From assembly GCF_002105155.1 (NCBI RefSeq), contig NW_019028982.1, positions 248,001-312,000 of the forward strand: a stretch of DNA of 64,000 nt, written 5' to 3'. Positions 52,362 through 63,660 of this stretch are shown piece by piece. The notes under the pieces are model-generated. The model was given only the letters and a program-made list of their open reading frames with translations. It did not search any database and was not told the origin of the DNA. Origin of the DNA: Lobosporangium transversale (lineage: Eukaryota). A program made the translations under genes and the position numbers. The stretch's first letter is position 1, and every line of letters starts with the position of its first letter.

Positions 52362-54659
52362 TTATATATCTCCCAGATTGAGCTGAACCCCTGTAAATCC
52401 ATAAAACTCCTTGAATTGATTGAAGGTTTGTCTGAACCGTCGAATACAGTCAATCTCATATAGGCCTGTTTGGGTCCAGATGACCTCAAGTCCTGGGAGA
52501 GCCTCCATTAGAATATGCAGATATCGCATCTCCATCGAGAATCGAAAACTCCCTGGTGAAGTTAATGATACCTCGCGTACAGATGGTATATGTGGGATAA
52601 AGTTTTTTGGGCTGCACATGCCTCGATCCCAGAGCTGCTGTATCTGTCCTTTTGAAGGATGTAGTCCATACAGAGATTCCATGCAGGAAGAAAAGGAACT
52701 CGGATTAGAAGGAGTGTTGGATAATGATGGTGAGGGTAGCTTGAAGGCGATTGACTGTACATGGGATTGATCCTGCAACATGAGTCGATGGTCCAGTTGA
52801 TCAAGGATGCTTCTGAAGGCAGCATAATCAGGATTTAGACTCTCAGATAGGTCGCTCAGGAGCTTTGCGGGAAGAACCAATGTCTCTAGAACTAATAAAT
52901 CTTCGAGACGCCTCATGAAGGCATGTGTTTGACTGTCGAACCGGTGATCATAGGGCATGTATGTTGCATTCAGCTCTAACCTCTTCAAAGTTCGGCCGCA
53001 TGCCCAAGGTGGGAACTCGGCTTGTGAGAGGGTTGAGAAAGAGTCATCAGCATGCCCAACTTCGCCTCCGTTATCATTAATCGTAGCTGGAGTCCAGTCA
53101 GTGAAGTATTGAATCCCAAGGATTAGCTTCTCTAGCGAATGGCAGTTCGTCATAACATAGCGTAAGCCAAGATCTGAAATTGGGAGTCGTATTTCTAGCT
53201 CCAGTGATACAAGAGTCGATCCTGGAGGGTGAAGAGGGCTGATAGTGGATCTATTGATCTGGACTGGAGGTAGTCCCTGAATTGTTTTTGCTACTTCTAC
53301 TGGCGAGTGGAAATAAACATGAGCCCCATGGGACCTTGAGAGACGGAAATATTTCAGAGATGGTGCCAAGACCCAAACATGAGGCACATCCACCTCGATT
53401 CCTGCATATTCGTTATCGACTGAAATCGCCATCAGCTGAGGACAGTTTGGTAGGAATTGCGCCCAAATATTCTTTGGCAGATTCACACCCGTGAGCTTGA
53501 GATTCAATGTCTTTAATGCAGGACAGCGACGCATAATGCTCACCAGTAACTTTTCCGATAATTTGATGTTATCGAAGACCAGCCGTTCCAGGTGATTGAA
53601 CCGCGAAGACTTTGTCGGCCGGTCAACACAACTATCATTATTATCATCATGATAGTCATGGTCATGAGTATGACCATGATTATATTCGTAATAGTCGTGG
53701 TCATAGTCATAATCTTCGTCCTCATCTTCGTCTTCAATGCATCCTGTACCTGGAGTTTGAAGATCCGAGTGGCCCCATAAGCGTGATAAAGGTGCTCTTA
53801 TTAGTGCTCTAGTCAACAGGCTATTTGAACGGATCTTTTCGGTTTTTGATCGTTCCCAAATGAATGCCTCTCGAAGTATAAGCTCCTTCAAGTGTGAGTG
53901 TGTTTTCATCACATTCTCTAAGGAACCCCATTCCATGCTTGGAAATGTCAAGGAGTGTGCTGCGTTTCCAATATCCAGTATCCTGAGTGCTGTTGGAGAT
54001 GTCATACTGTTGGGATTACTTGAGACAACAGAGGCCTGAGAAGCCAGTTGATAAGATGAGACCAAAAGAGACAGCAATTCGCTCACTAGATGATCACGAT
54101 GCGAAAAGAGATCAATTCGCTCCAGCTGAGCCATAGTTTGAAAAAACTTGATGATGACCTGTTTATCCAGCTTACTCTTTGCCCTTAAAAAAAGTCCCAA
54201 ATGCTTCAGATTTGGACATGTCCGCTGGATCCTTTCCAGGTCTGGTTGGTCAGGATACACCTGCTTTAATGACTGAATATACATCCCTAAGGTTTCCAGA
54301 TGTGCCTCAAATCTAGTCTTGTAAGTATGTAAACCGTAGTTGCAATAGATTGCATGGAGCTTCAGAAAAGGCGAGAAAATCCGACGCCAATCCTGGCAGA
54401 CTCCACGACAAAAGAGAATGTCAGTCGGTTCAAGGTGAGAGACGATCATGGAGACGATTTCCGGAATGTATAGTGCATATTGTTTGAGAGGTTGGATGCT
54501 ATTGACAGTGTTTGCTTCGATCTCTACTCCTGTCTCTGTCCCCATCCCTGTCTGTGCCCCTGTCCGTGCTCCTGTCATTATCTCTTTCCGTAGCTCTGAC
54601 ATTGTTATTTTTCCTGATTCCAGCTCTATTGTTGTTTCATTGTAGTCCCTGTTCAGCAT
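52362..54659 (-). CDS. Intronless F-box / RNI-like LRR protein with His/Asp-rich insert
   Basis: ALYIPEIVSMIVSHL...CRGVCQDWRRIFSP F-box, LRRs, WACGRTLKRLEL. First ATG is at 54659; the track starts at an upstream TTG. Confidence 0.85.
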   Translation of the reverse strand: MLNRDYNETTIELESGKITMSELRKEIMTGARTGAQTGMGTETGVEIEANTVNSIQPLKQYALYIPEIVSMIVSHLEPTDILFCRGVCQDWRRIFSPFLKLHAIYCNYGLHTYKTRFEAHLETLGMYIQSLKQVYPDQPDLERIQRTCPNLKHLGLFLRAKSKLDKQVIIKFFQTMAQLERIDLFSHRDHLVSELLSLLVSSYQLASQASVVSSNPNSMTSPTALRILDIGNAAHSLTFPSMEWGSLENVMKTHSHLKELILREAFIWERSKTEKIRSNSLLTRALIRAPLSRLWGHSDLQTPGTGCIEDEDEDEDYDYDHDYYEYNHGHTHDHDYHDDNNDSCVDRPTKSSRFNHLERLVFDNIKLSEKLLVSIMRRCPALKTLNLKLTGVNLPKNIWAQFLPNCPQLMAISVDNEYAGIEVDVPHVWVLAPSLKYFRLSRSHGAHVYFHSPVEVAKTIQGLPPVQINRSTISPLHPPGSTLVSLELEIRLPISDLGLRYVMTNCHSLEKLILGIQYFTDWTPATINDNGGEVGHADDSFSTLSQAEFPPWACGRTLKRLELNATYMPYDHRFDSQTHAFMRRLEDLLVLETLVLPAKLLSDLSESLNPDYAAFRSILDQLDHRLMLQDQSHVQSIAFKLPSPSLSNTPSNPSSFSSCMESLYGLHPSKGQIQQLWDRGMCSPKNFIPHIPSVREVSLTSPGSFRFSMEMRYLHILMEALPGLEVIWTQTGLYEIDCIRRFRQTFNQFKEFYGFTGVQLNLGDI

Positions 54660-56858
54660 TGCTCTGTTGATAATGCCCAAGAGAGATGATGGTGATGATG
54701 AAGGATGATGATGTTACTACATTGCCTTTGTAACACTGTATAAAGATACCAGTTAAAAGATATGATTCAAAATCAAGATACAGAATGCATGATAAAAAAT
54801 AACTTTCCAGCACATGCATTTCAATTTTTTGTACTTGCTTAAACACACAGTTAAACATGGTGACACATTTCAAAAAACAGTTAATGATGAAAACAGCTTT
54901 TAAGACAGCGGGTAGAGATATTTTTTTATTTTATTTTCGGAGGCATTACGCCATTGTCGCCTGCAATACGTGGTGTTACTCCTTGTGAATATTAAAGTAG
55001 AAAGGGACTCTGTGTTTCCATTGAACAGCGTTAGTTTGTGGCCGATTGCAGCCCTTTACTAATTGCTTCAGAGATGAGACGATTGAGGTTATCCAAGTGG
55101 TATTGAGAGATTAAAATGTGAACACGCGACTTTCCCTTGACAGAGCCCTTGGCGCTAGCAAGAGCAACCTTGATGGCTTCGCGCGTTTCTCCTTTAGGCA
55201 CTCTTTTGAGGAGGGTTTCGGTATGATTGATTTTGGCGATCAACTCAGTGTACAGCTGGAAATTGGAGCTCATTTTGATTCTCATACTCAACCAGTGGCT
55301 CTTGAAAATTGGAAGCTCCTCTCCTCTGAAACGAATTCAATTTAGCGATGAGGATGGTAGTGATGGTAATGATGATGAAGTACAAAAGCATAATAAAAAA
55401 CGGAAGGCTGTTGACCTTTTTAACATGATTATTGGATCATCGATCCTGTCAGGAATACTTGGCTTTAGAAAACCCCTAGTCCGACAACGCGAGAAATTGT
55501 CACAGCCTTCCATACTGTGGCCCCTTTCGTACTGTGGTCCCTTTCGATTCGAAGGAGTGTGCTATCGCTTTGTCATCTCTTTCAACCAAAGACGCTAAAC
55601 ATGCTATACACATCCATCATTTACTTCTCTGTGTCGAACAATGAGGTACTAAAATGAATTTTTTCTTTTATTAATCAACGTGTTATGAATATTCTCCCTG
55701 CCAAGTCCATGGTAAGAGGGATCGAGCCCTGGATTCGAAAAAGAGAGGCGCAACTCCGCATGCTATTCTTCCTCCAACCTAAGAAAATGAATGTTTATCC
55801 TTGAAGCATTGCTTACAGAAAAACAAGACGGCTAAACTTGTTACAGCCTTCATCCATAGCGCTTCGAACTGGATGTGTTAGTTGTAGGGTCTTTGATCTT
55901 TTTTTTATACGTTCATTACATCCAATCTGCCTACGCACCAGAAAACGTCAGAGTAAGGATAGCTCACAAACGTTAATCTCATTTGTGCTCGAAACTAGGC
56001 CAGAATTGAGTCATTGCCCCTGCCTTTAGAACCGGGTTCCGCAGAGGTTTTGCCACCTCACATCCATTGTCTTCTTACATGAGGTTGGGCATGTGCTGCC
56101 GAAAACGTGAATAGACAGCTCAGGATGACTGAAACAAATCTGTAGTAAAGAAGTGGAAAGCATTAAATTCGTCTCTTTTATCTGCTGTAAGCGTAAGCAG
56201 ATACGCAGCAATAAAGCAATGAAGCATATTTTCTCACGTGTTTTCAACCACATAAGAACAAAGCTTAGTTTAATGATTGATTTGATAACGCACATCATCT
56301 TGACCAAGTAAGGAAATCAAGCAGTGACAACGGTGATAATAACTGTTTAGTAATAAAACATATGTGCTGCCTTGGCGCCTCCCGCCAAGGATCCTCACCA
56401 TAATGCTTAAAAGCAATACAGAGGTTGAACAAGTAGATCCTGCCTTTCTTCAAAGCCATAGACCTAATCTAGGACGTGGAGCATTTAGATTGATAAGGTA
56501 TGAGGCTGCCTTCCATGCTTATTAGAGGCTCAAAAACGAGTGGCCTATACAAAGAGAAGGATCTACAGGTTGTCACAAAGCCTAGATTGTGTCCGGTAAC
56601 TGGAACATATAAGGGTCTGTGATAAGAGAACCCATACAATGGTTTGCCTTTGTTAACTGGCGGCAGATCTGTGAACACTAGGGAACCCATTATCACTTTG
56701 TGCGCAGGGTGACCATGTTGGGTTTACTTTTCAAGGAACTACCCATTCCTTTTACCATAACAAGGCCAACGGGGGTTTCAAATCTGAGGACACATCTTTC
56801 TGTCTCCTCCATCGCTTTTTGTCAGATATACGCAAGAAAAAGGCATAGAAATCCAGCC

Positions 56859-56889
<31 letters not shown>

Positions 56890-57750
56890 TGCAGATAACT
56901 ACCAATATTGCTTCTTTGCGCCTTGTTCATGTAATGAGAGACCGATTGACTGGCTGAATAATAACTGTAACAATAGTAACCAAGGACTTATTGGTTTCTA
57001 TCATGATTCCTAAAGGAAAAACAGCGCAATAGTATGCTATAAAACTTGCCCTAATCCTTATACTAACTCTACTACATCCACTACATCCATCATATTCGCT
57101 CGATCCACTACGCTTGATTCTACCTTCTGCGGCCATTGCGCTTTCATTTACTGTGCCCAAAGACATTGTATCAAGACAAATCCTTCTCAAGTGAACAAGC
57201 ACGAAAATAAAAGAAAAAAAAAATGGTTGAGAACTTTACGACTAATACGCGGCAGATCCAAGCCATGTTGAGTTCTATTCGTGGGGTGGAGGCAACTTAT
57301 GTAGAGGTAGCGGAGACGAAGCTCCATAATAGCCTTGCGAGCCTCCTCTATATTGTCCTATCCAATCAAGTCTCGGTCCCGCCACAAACTCGAAGGCACG
57401 TCCATTCTCTACTGGATTTGATACCAGTCCTTCTTGTCGCTCCTTTTCCAGAAAAAATAGTGCAGCTAGTGGCCGTGGCTACAGAAGTGGATAAATTACT
57501 GTCAGAAGTGCTTATCGTTCCCCAGCTTGGCTCTGTACACCAAGGCTCAAAATAAAGAGGATTCCAAATTAGCTTCTCTTTTCTTTCGTAGCCTTGTGTT
57601 CGACATGCTTCAAACTATCTTGAAGCCTCGCTGGCCAAATAATTGCCAAAGCCCCAGTTTACTCGCTATATTCAGATGCTAAAGCAAAACTAATATCTCT
57701 CATCTTTGTAGACAGAATATTAAAGCAGTCAGTTCAGGCACTTTGATCAA

Positions 57751-57784
<34 letters not shown>

Positions 57785-58532
57785 TATTTGCCGCTCCAAA
57801 TAAGGGCGATAGTACATTTTAAAACCCGAGCTCTACACAGTTGTTATTTTCAAATATGTGTTTTCTAAACACACTATCAAATGCATTCAAGACTCATGTA
57901 CGGTGGAATGCACAAAAAGATTTGGTAATATTCATGAAGCCTAGTGGTACTGGTCTCATCTCAACTGATATTCCTCAGATTCTGGTAACATAGTATCGGA
58001 TCTATACTCTTTGAAGTGTCTTCCCCGTAACACGAGCTATTAGGGATGCAAGGTTTTTACGTTGTAGTCTTTTGAATAAAACTACGAGAAGTAGCAGCCT
58101 ATTAAAAAAGGACCAGAACCATAATTAGGATCACCTGTGAACGAAGACGATTCTAAGCAGCTGAAGGTACTGGTATGGTATACATTTACGACAAAAGTTT
58201 CGACATCTCAGTAGGGTATTTCAAACAGCATATAACTTTCATAGTCGTCAGACTTGCATTTAATGCACTTCTTTGCTATTGCTATGAAGGAAAAGTCTTA
58301 TTCAAAAGTGCATCAAGGCTTACAGATTTATGTAAAAGAGAATGGTGGATCAGTAGCTGTCCGAAATTGGTCAAAAAGGTGGCAACGCTGCTGATAAAAT
58401 TATGATCAGCGCAACACAACATGACCCAACCTTTGTTTCTTTTCCATCTTTTTCTACATTCCGCAACATCCTTCAATACCAAAGTAGAACAGAAAACACC
58501 AACTATACTATCAATAACAACAAAAGTAAGAA

Positions 58533-58865
58533 ATGGGACCAATCCTGCCACCTCTTACCAAGGACTTCCTTCATATTCTAGATGTGCTTACCAGGTTCAA
58601 GCGAAAGGACCCAATCTTGTTTAAGGATATACAGCTTACCGAAAACCTGGAACATCTAATCGATGCACGCACATACCTCCAACAACTACCAGAGGTCTAT
58701 GAATGGATAACCTGGGTAAAAAAGTGGATGCTTGAGCTGCCACGTAATCACGATCGCTCTTGGAAATTGCAGTGCATCCGCGTTCTTGACGAGGAAGTCC
58801 AAATCATGATGATCCACCTCTCTTGGCTGATTCACGGTCATGACCGACATGAGACCAAACAGTAG
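58533..58865 (+). CDS. Small hypothetical helical protein (110 aa)
   Basis: ATG-started ORF with protein-like amphipathic composition. No motif recognised. Confidence 0.4.
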   Translation: MGPILPPLTKDFLHILDVLTRFKRKDPILFKDIQLTENLEHLIDARTYLQQLPEVYEWITWVKKWMLELPRNHDRSWKLQCIRVLDEEVQIMMIHLSWLIHGHDRHETKQ

Positions 58866-59285
58866 CCCCCAGTAGCCATTACCGCAAAAAAATAAAAAAT
58901 AAACCAAGTTCGCATCCACATATCTTGTAATGGCTAAGGATGGTTAGTCAGGATAGTCAATATCTAAGGTCTTGAATGCATGTTTTATTGTATCAATTTG
59001 CGCTTTGTGCAGTCTATAATGCTGGCTGATGATCGGCATGTCTCTTTTCCAAGGAGGCATTATTGATCATCAGCCTTAGTGACAGATAAGTAGAGGGAAT
59101 GATATTGTTTCGTTCTCGCTTGAAGGCTTTCGATTCGGACTCTCCCTCTTCCTCGCTTTTTTGGTCCTGTAGGCCTTCGGCATTATATGATCGTCGGTGC
59201 CTGGAGCTTCTATGTCCCGCGGCCACTCGACACCATTCATACGCAATTACCACTCTCCTCTAACAGCAGGCTAGACTAGGCTACT

Positions 59286-59315
<30 letters not shown>

Positions 59316-59320
<5 letters not shown>

Positions 59321-61304
59321 ATTTCTGCTTGTGCTCCAGCTTCCACATCAACCGCACTTGTTCTTCCTGCTGCTTCAATATCCACAGCTCCTTCTCCCTA
59401 AGCTGCTCCTCCCATGCCATATTATATGATGACTCATCACCCAAAACTAGGTTATGTATTGTCATACATGCTTCGATCCATTCTCGTACATTCTCCAAAC
59501 TCGTTATATCGTCTTTGACCTGAAGTCGCAATTCCACGAGACTAGGAAATCGAGCCTTTAATGTTCGCTGACAGTCTAATGCGCGCTTCTGGATAGTCCT
59601 TAAGCTCTCTTCGAATGTCCTGTGTGAATTCATATCCATACTACAACCGTGATTTTGAGTATAGTGTGATGTTTGTGTTTGTGCAGCGCTATCGGCCATA
59701 GTAACAGAGAGCTGCAAATGTGCTCCACCAAGGGCATCTCCATCCGCGTGCATTGAAACCACATTCGCACTTGACTCAAATTCTGGGCCAGCCACCAGAT
59801 ACTCATTATCCTCAAAAAATTTAGTTGACTCTAACAATAGTGGACTTGACATCAAGGTCTGCTGATTTGTCCAGCCAGCAGGACGAGGCGCATCCACGAA
59901 TCGGATGCGTGTTGTCGTGTCACTCACAAAGAGGACCTTGTATCCGTAATCTCGTTTGAGATACTTTATTCTAATAAAGCCAGGCTGGTGCGTTGCCATT
60001 CCTTCAGCTAATGGCGCAACAGGTGCTGCTGGTTGATCTGCGGATTGATTGTTAACTGGAGCAGGAAAGACAGGTGAAAGAATATTTTCTTCTGGATAAA
60101 TTGTCATCTCTGGCCGTATCTCTTGCCTGTTTTCATAAACGTCCTCGTCTTCTGCTTTCTTTCCTCTTTTTTTTCTAGAGATTTTTAGCTTCTTAATTCT
60201 CTGGTAGTTAATGCTGCCTTCGCTGTTATCAATACCGTCGCCATTGTCTTTGTTGGAACTACTGTCGTTGCTATTTCTAGTCCCGTTATTTTGGATAGCA
60301 CCGTTGTTTTTGTTAGAATCCTTTGTTAATCTGATATTAGACTTAAGATTGCGCCGCTTTTCTTTACTACTTTTTTGCCCTTGTTCTGACAGTGTTTGTG
60401 CTGCGGCTATTGTAGATGGATGAAGTGGGATGAGATAATCTTCTGTGTTCTTGAGCAATGGCCTTGAAGCCAAAAGAACATAAAAAACTGACAAAATTCC
60501 AACAGTATCTAAAATCTCGCATGGACTATTTTGCGTCTCCTCATAACCGCCTGTCTTTGAAGCTGATTTCGAGCTTGGTCCTTTTTGTGATAGTACAGTA
60601 GGCAACTGTATGGGTGCGCTATAGGGAAAGGTTATCGTAGGAATAGTCGTGGTAGTCTTAGTAGCCGTGACAGCTGAGGCAACTAAACTTTTGGCCCTCA
60701 ATTTGATGGTCCGTTTCTCATCCTGACTAGGCCAAGTGATTAAATCAGACGAGATTTCCTTCAAGACTTGTATGCAGCGTTTGGTACACTTCATGATGGA
60801 GCCTTCCGATAGGCCGAAAATTTTGGATGCCTCTCCAATGCCAGCTTCGTTACCATAATGTCCAAGTCTCCAAAGAGTAATCGCTAATTGTTTCTCTACA
60901 GACTCTTGAGAGTTGTTGGAGCGATTCATGAACACTTCATGTTGACACATTATGGAGGAGGAGATACTGAAAAATGCTGATTTAGAAACTCGAACAAATT
61001 CCAGATAATCCTCATCGGTCCCATTTCGACGCAGATCCTCATAGATTTCGCCGCCCACACGCTGATGGTTTGTCTTGCGGGAAGCAAAATAGCGCTGCTT
61101 CTCAGCCGCGACTTTCATGTCTTCGGCAGTGGGGTACTGCTTCAACATGTCATCAATGCTATCGCATCGAAAATATTGGGAGAGTTTGGTATCAATAGAA
61201 CCCAGTTCTTCTTTGGTGGCTTCTAAAGGACTCGACACGTACTCCTTCTCGAGGCGCTGGCGTAATTCTAGCAGAGCAAAGACCTTTTTGCGCTCTGAAC
61301 TCAT
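59316..61304 (-). CDS. PIF/Harbinger transposase-derived (HARBI1/ALP1-like) protein with degenerate catalytic motifs
   Basis: HTH region FVRVSKSAFFSI...VEKQLAITLWRLGHYGN...FGLSEGSI...LITWPS. DDE_Tnp_4-like segments YGYKVLFVSD...IRFV, YLVA, LKARFPSL, WIEACMTIHNLV. Confidence 0.85.
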
Positions 61305-61759
61305 TGTCTTTGTTCCTTGTTCTTATTCTTGCATGGTATGGTGGTGATGTGAGTACTGAAAGTAATTTCCTTTGTGAGGGAGGATAAGAATGTAGAATGA
61401 TTTATGGCTTGCCTCTTCGGAGACGGGATGGCAGCAAGCGACAGTTCAGACTGATGTTTAATGAGTTGAACGATGCTTAGGTGAGACCCTTAAAGAAGGA
61501 GTATTTTAAGTTCATGGAAACATGACAGGCCTGCATCGCTCTTGTTGGTTGCATACAACCTCCAGACTCACAAAACAAATCAATTGTTGCTTCGGTTAGG
61601 CTTTATTTTTGACAAGAGAGTTTTGAGAAAGAACAAGGACGAGGAGCAAAAATATATATTTTTTTCTATTCCTTTTCTAATAATCTTTGTCCGTTCACTC
61701 TTTCTTGCTTGACCAATTATCGCCAACAGTAAGGAACTCAATAAAGAACTGAGCCACTC

Positions 61760-62331
61760 TTAACGAGTCTTGAAGTAATCCAAGAGAACGTTCATGGCCT
61801 CAGACTCCTCACCGAAATCCTTGACGACGACACAGGAGCAACCGACAACTTTGCGGGCATTGCCCTCACGGTCAATCTTGCATAGACCAGCCCATTCACC
61901 GAGCTTCTTGGCATCTGAGACCTTGATCAAGTTGATGTTATGCTCGGCACAAAGGGCCTCGACCAATTTGATGTACTCCTTCTCAGTGCAGGTCTCAACA
62001 AGGACAGCCATGTGAGCTTGACGTCTATGTTGAGGCAAAAAAAAAAAAAAAAAAAAAAATTAGTCCCTCGAAGTAAAGGACAATGGATTCCATTCTATGT
62101 CAAACCCAGTATCAGCGATAGATTCATATTGCGATGATTTGAATGTTAGCCCAATTACCTGTCAAGGGCCTTAGCACACTCACGGAGACCACGGGCAAGG
62201 CCGTCGTGGACAAGGGCGCGCTTCAGAACATCCTGAAGGGCCTCCTCAACGGACATTTGGCCACGAGCAGAGGCATCGGCAGCGACCTCAACCTCAGCGA
62301 CCTGGTTAGCGGCATCTCTTTCTTCAGACAT
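61760..62331 (-). CDS. RPS12: 40S ribosomal protein S12 (eS12)
   Basis: Exons 62331-62159 and 62024-61760. [24 protein letters not shown] and [28 protein letters not shown]. Confidence 0.97.
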
Positions 62332-62521
62332 TGTTGTATAAAACTTGGGAGTAGACGTCCTCGCTAATGATAGAATGGTCGATGGAGTATGTAATGTGGA
62401 TGAATATAATGTCACATTAAAAAGAGCTCGATGATCGTAATGATGATGACGATGGTGATGACCAGACAACATATGTTTGAAATGGAGTGCCGACAATAGT
62501 GAATGTCGATTCATGATTTTT

Positions 62522-62603
62522 TCAGTATTGAATCGCTTCGTAAGGGATCCCAATGAGGAAATGGCATTCCAATGACTAAAGAATATATCCTTCCTGTCAT
62601 CAT
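62522..62603 (-). ncRNA. Candidate box C/D snoRNA in a putative 5'-UTR intron of RPS12
   Basis: Box C ATGATGA (62603-62597) and box D CTGA (62525-62522) span 82 nt. They lie between a GTAAGT donor (~62751) and a TAG acceptor (~62364). No rRNA target or clear terminal stem identified. Confidence 0.3.
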
Positions 62604-63660
62604 GATTATGGCAACAGTATATAGTCATAAAAGAAAAACCACCATCCTGATTTCTACTTTTGATCCCGATGCTGATGCTGATCCCGAGCCCATAAAGTTG
62701 ATCCTTATTCCAACGATCAAATGCTGAAATGCAATAGGTTGAGGAACTTACATGTCACAAAAGTGAAAGATTCACATATTTCAAATTTTTGTTCAACCTT
62801 TATTCTTGCAAAAGAAATTAACATTTACATGAGCTTTGCATACTAATCGTCATAAATAATCACATGACCGAACACGACTATAATAAGATTCGGGCTCTTG
62901 GGGTTCAGGAACGTTTGATAGCTCATCTCCAATCTGGCGGTCGACTGACTGAGTGTGATTGACGGGTGGTAAGGTTAAGTCCGAGGAAAGGGTGAAGGCG
63001 CTAAATCGCAGCGCAACAATGTTCTCATACTGATGAGACTGTGCTGTGTGTCTGAGCCTACACTTTAAAAAAAAAACCCATAGGCGTTTCGACCTTCGCA
63101 TGTGCTGTGCATGCCTAGAAAAGAAAAAAGTGACGACTCGTCTCATTAGTCGTTTCTCTCTTGTTTTTCTGTTACTTTACACTCTTCTTTCCCAACTCAT
63201 TTCCCCCTACTTTTTTTTTTTTTTTTTTTTTTTTTGCTATCCGAGCTTTCTTAGTTTTTTTATTGTTCATACTCCTTTTTTTTTTTGTCTTCATAAACAC
63301 GAGATCAGACATTAGTTGTGCACACGGATCATGAAAAAGTGAACAGGCAAAACCCAATTCAACAACAAAAACAACAACAAGCGGCACGAGAGTCCATTTG
63401 TCAGTCAGTCAGCCAGACAAACTACCATCCTTGTCTTTGTGTCCGTGTGTTTGTGTGTATGTACACACTTTGGGTGCTCTGTGGTGTGTGGATGTCTATC
63501 CTTGTTTAGTCCACTGCTGTTTTTCACTCCATTCCGTCCCCCTTTTCTTTATTCTTCAAGAGTAAAGACAGATAGAAACACCTTATATATATATCCCCTA
63601 TCTTCCCATTTTCTTTTTCTTTTTCTTTTTTTTTTTTTTTTTTTTTTTTTTTCTACGGCC

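Noticed and set aside
55705..55775. tRNA-like sequence on the minus strand (TAGCATGCGG...GGCTCGATCCC...ACCA)
   Set aside because: The B-box is imperfect and I could not build a proper cloverleaf; tRNAscan-SE would decide.
59000..61500. Active Harbinger transposon
   Set aside because: No terminal inverted repeats or TAA/TTA duplication seen, and the catalytic residues are substituted.
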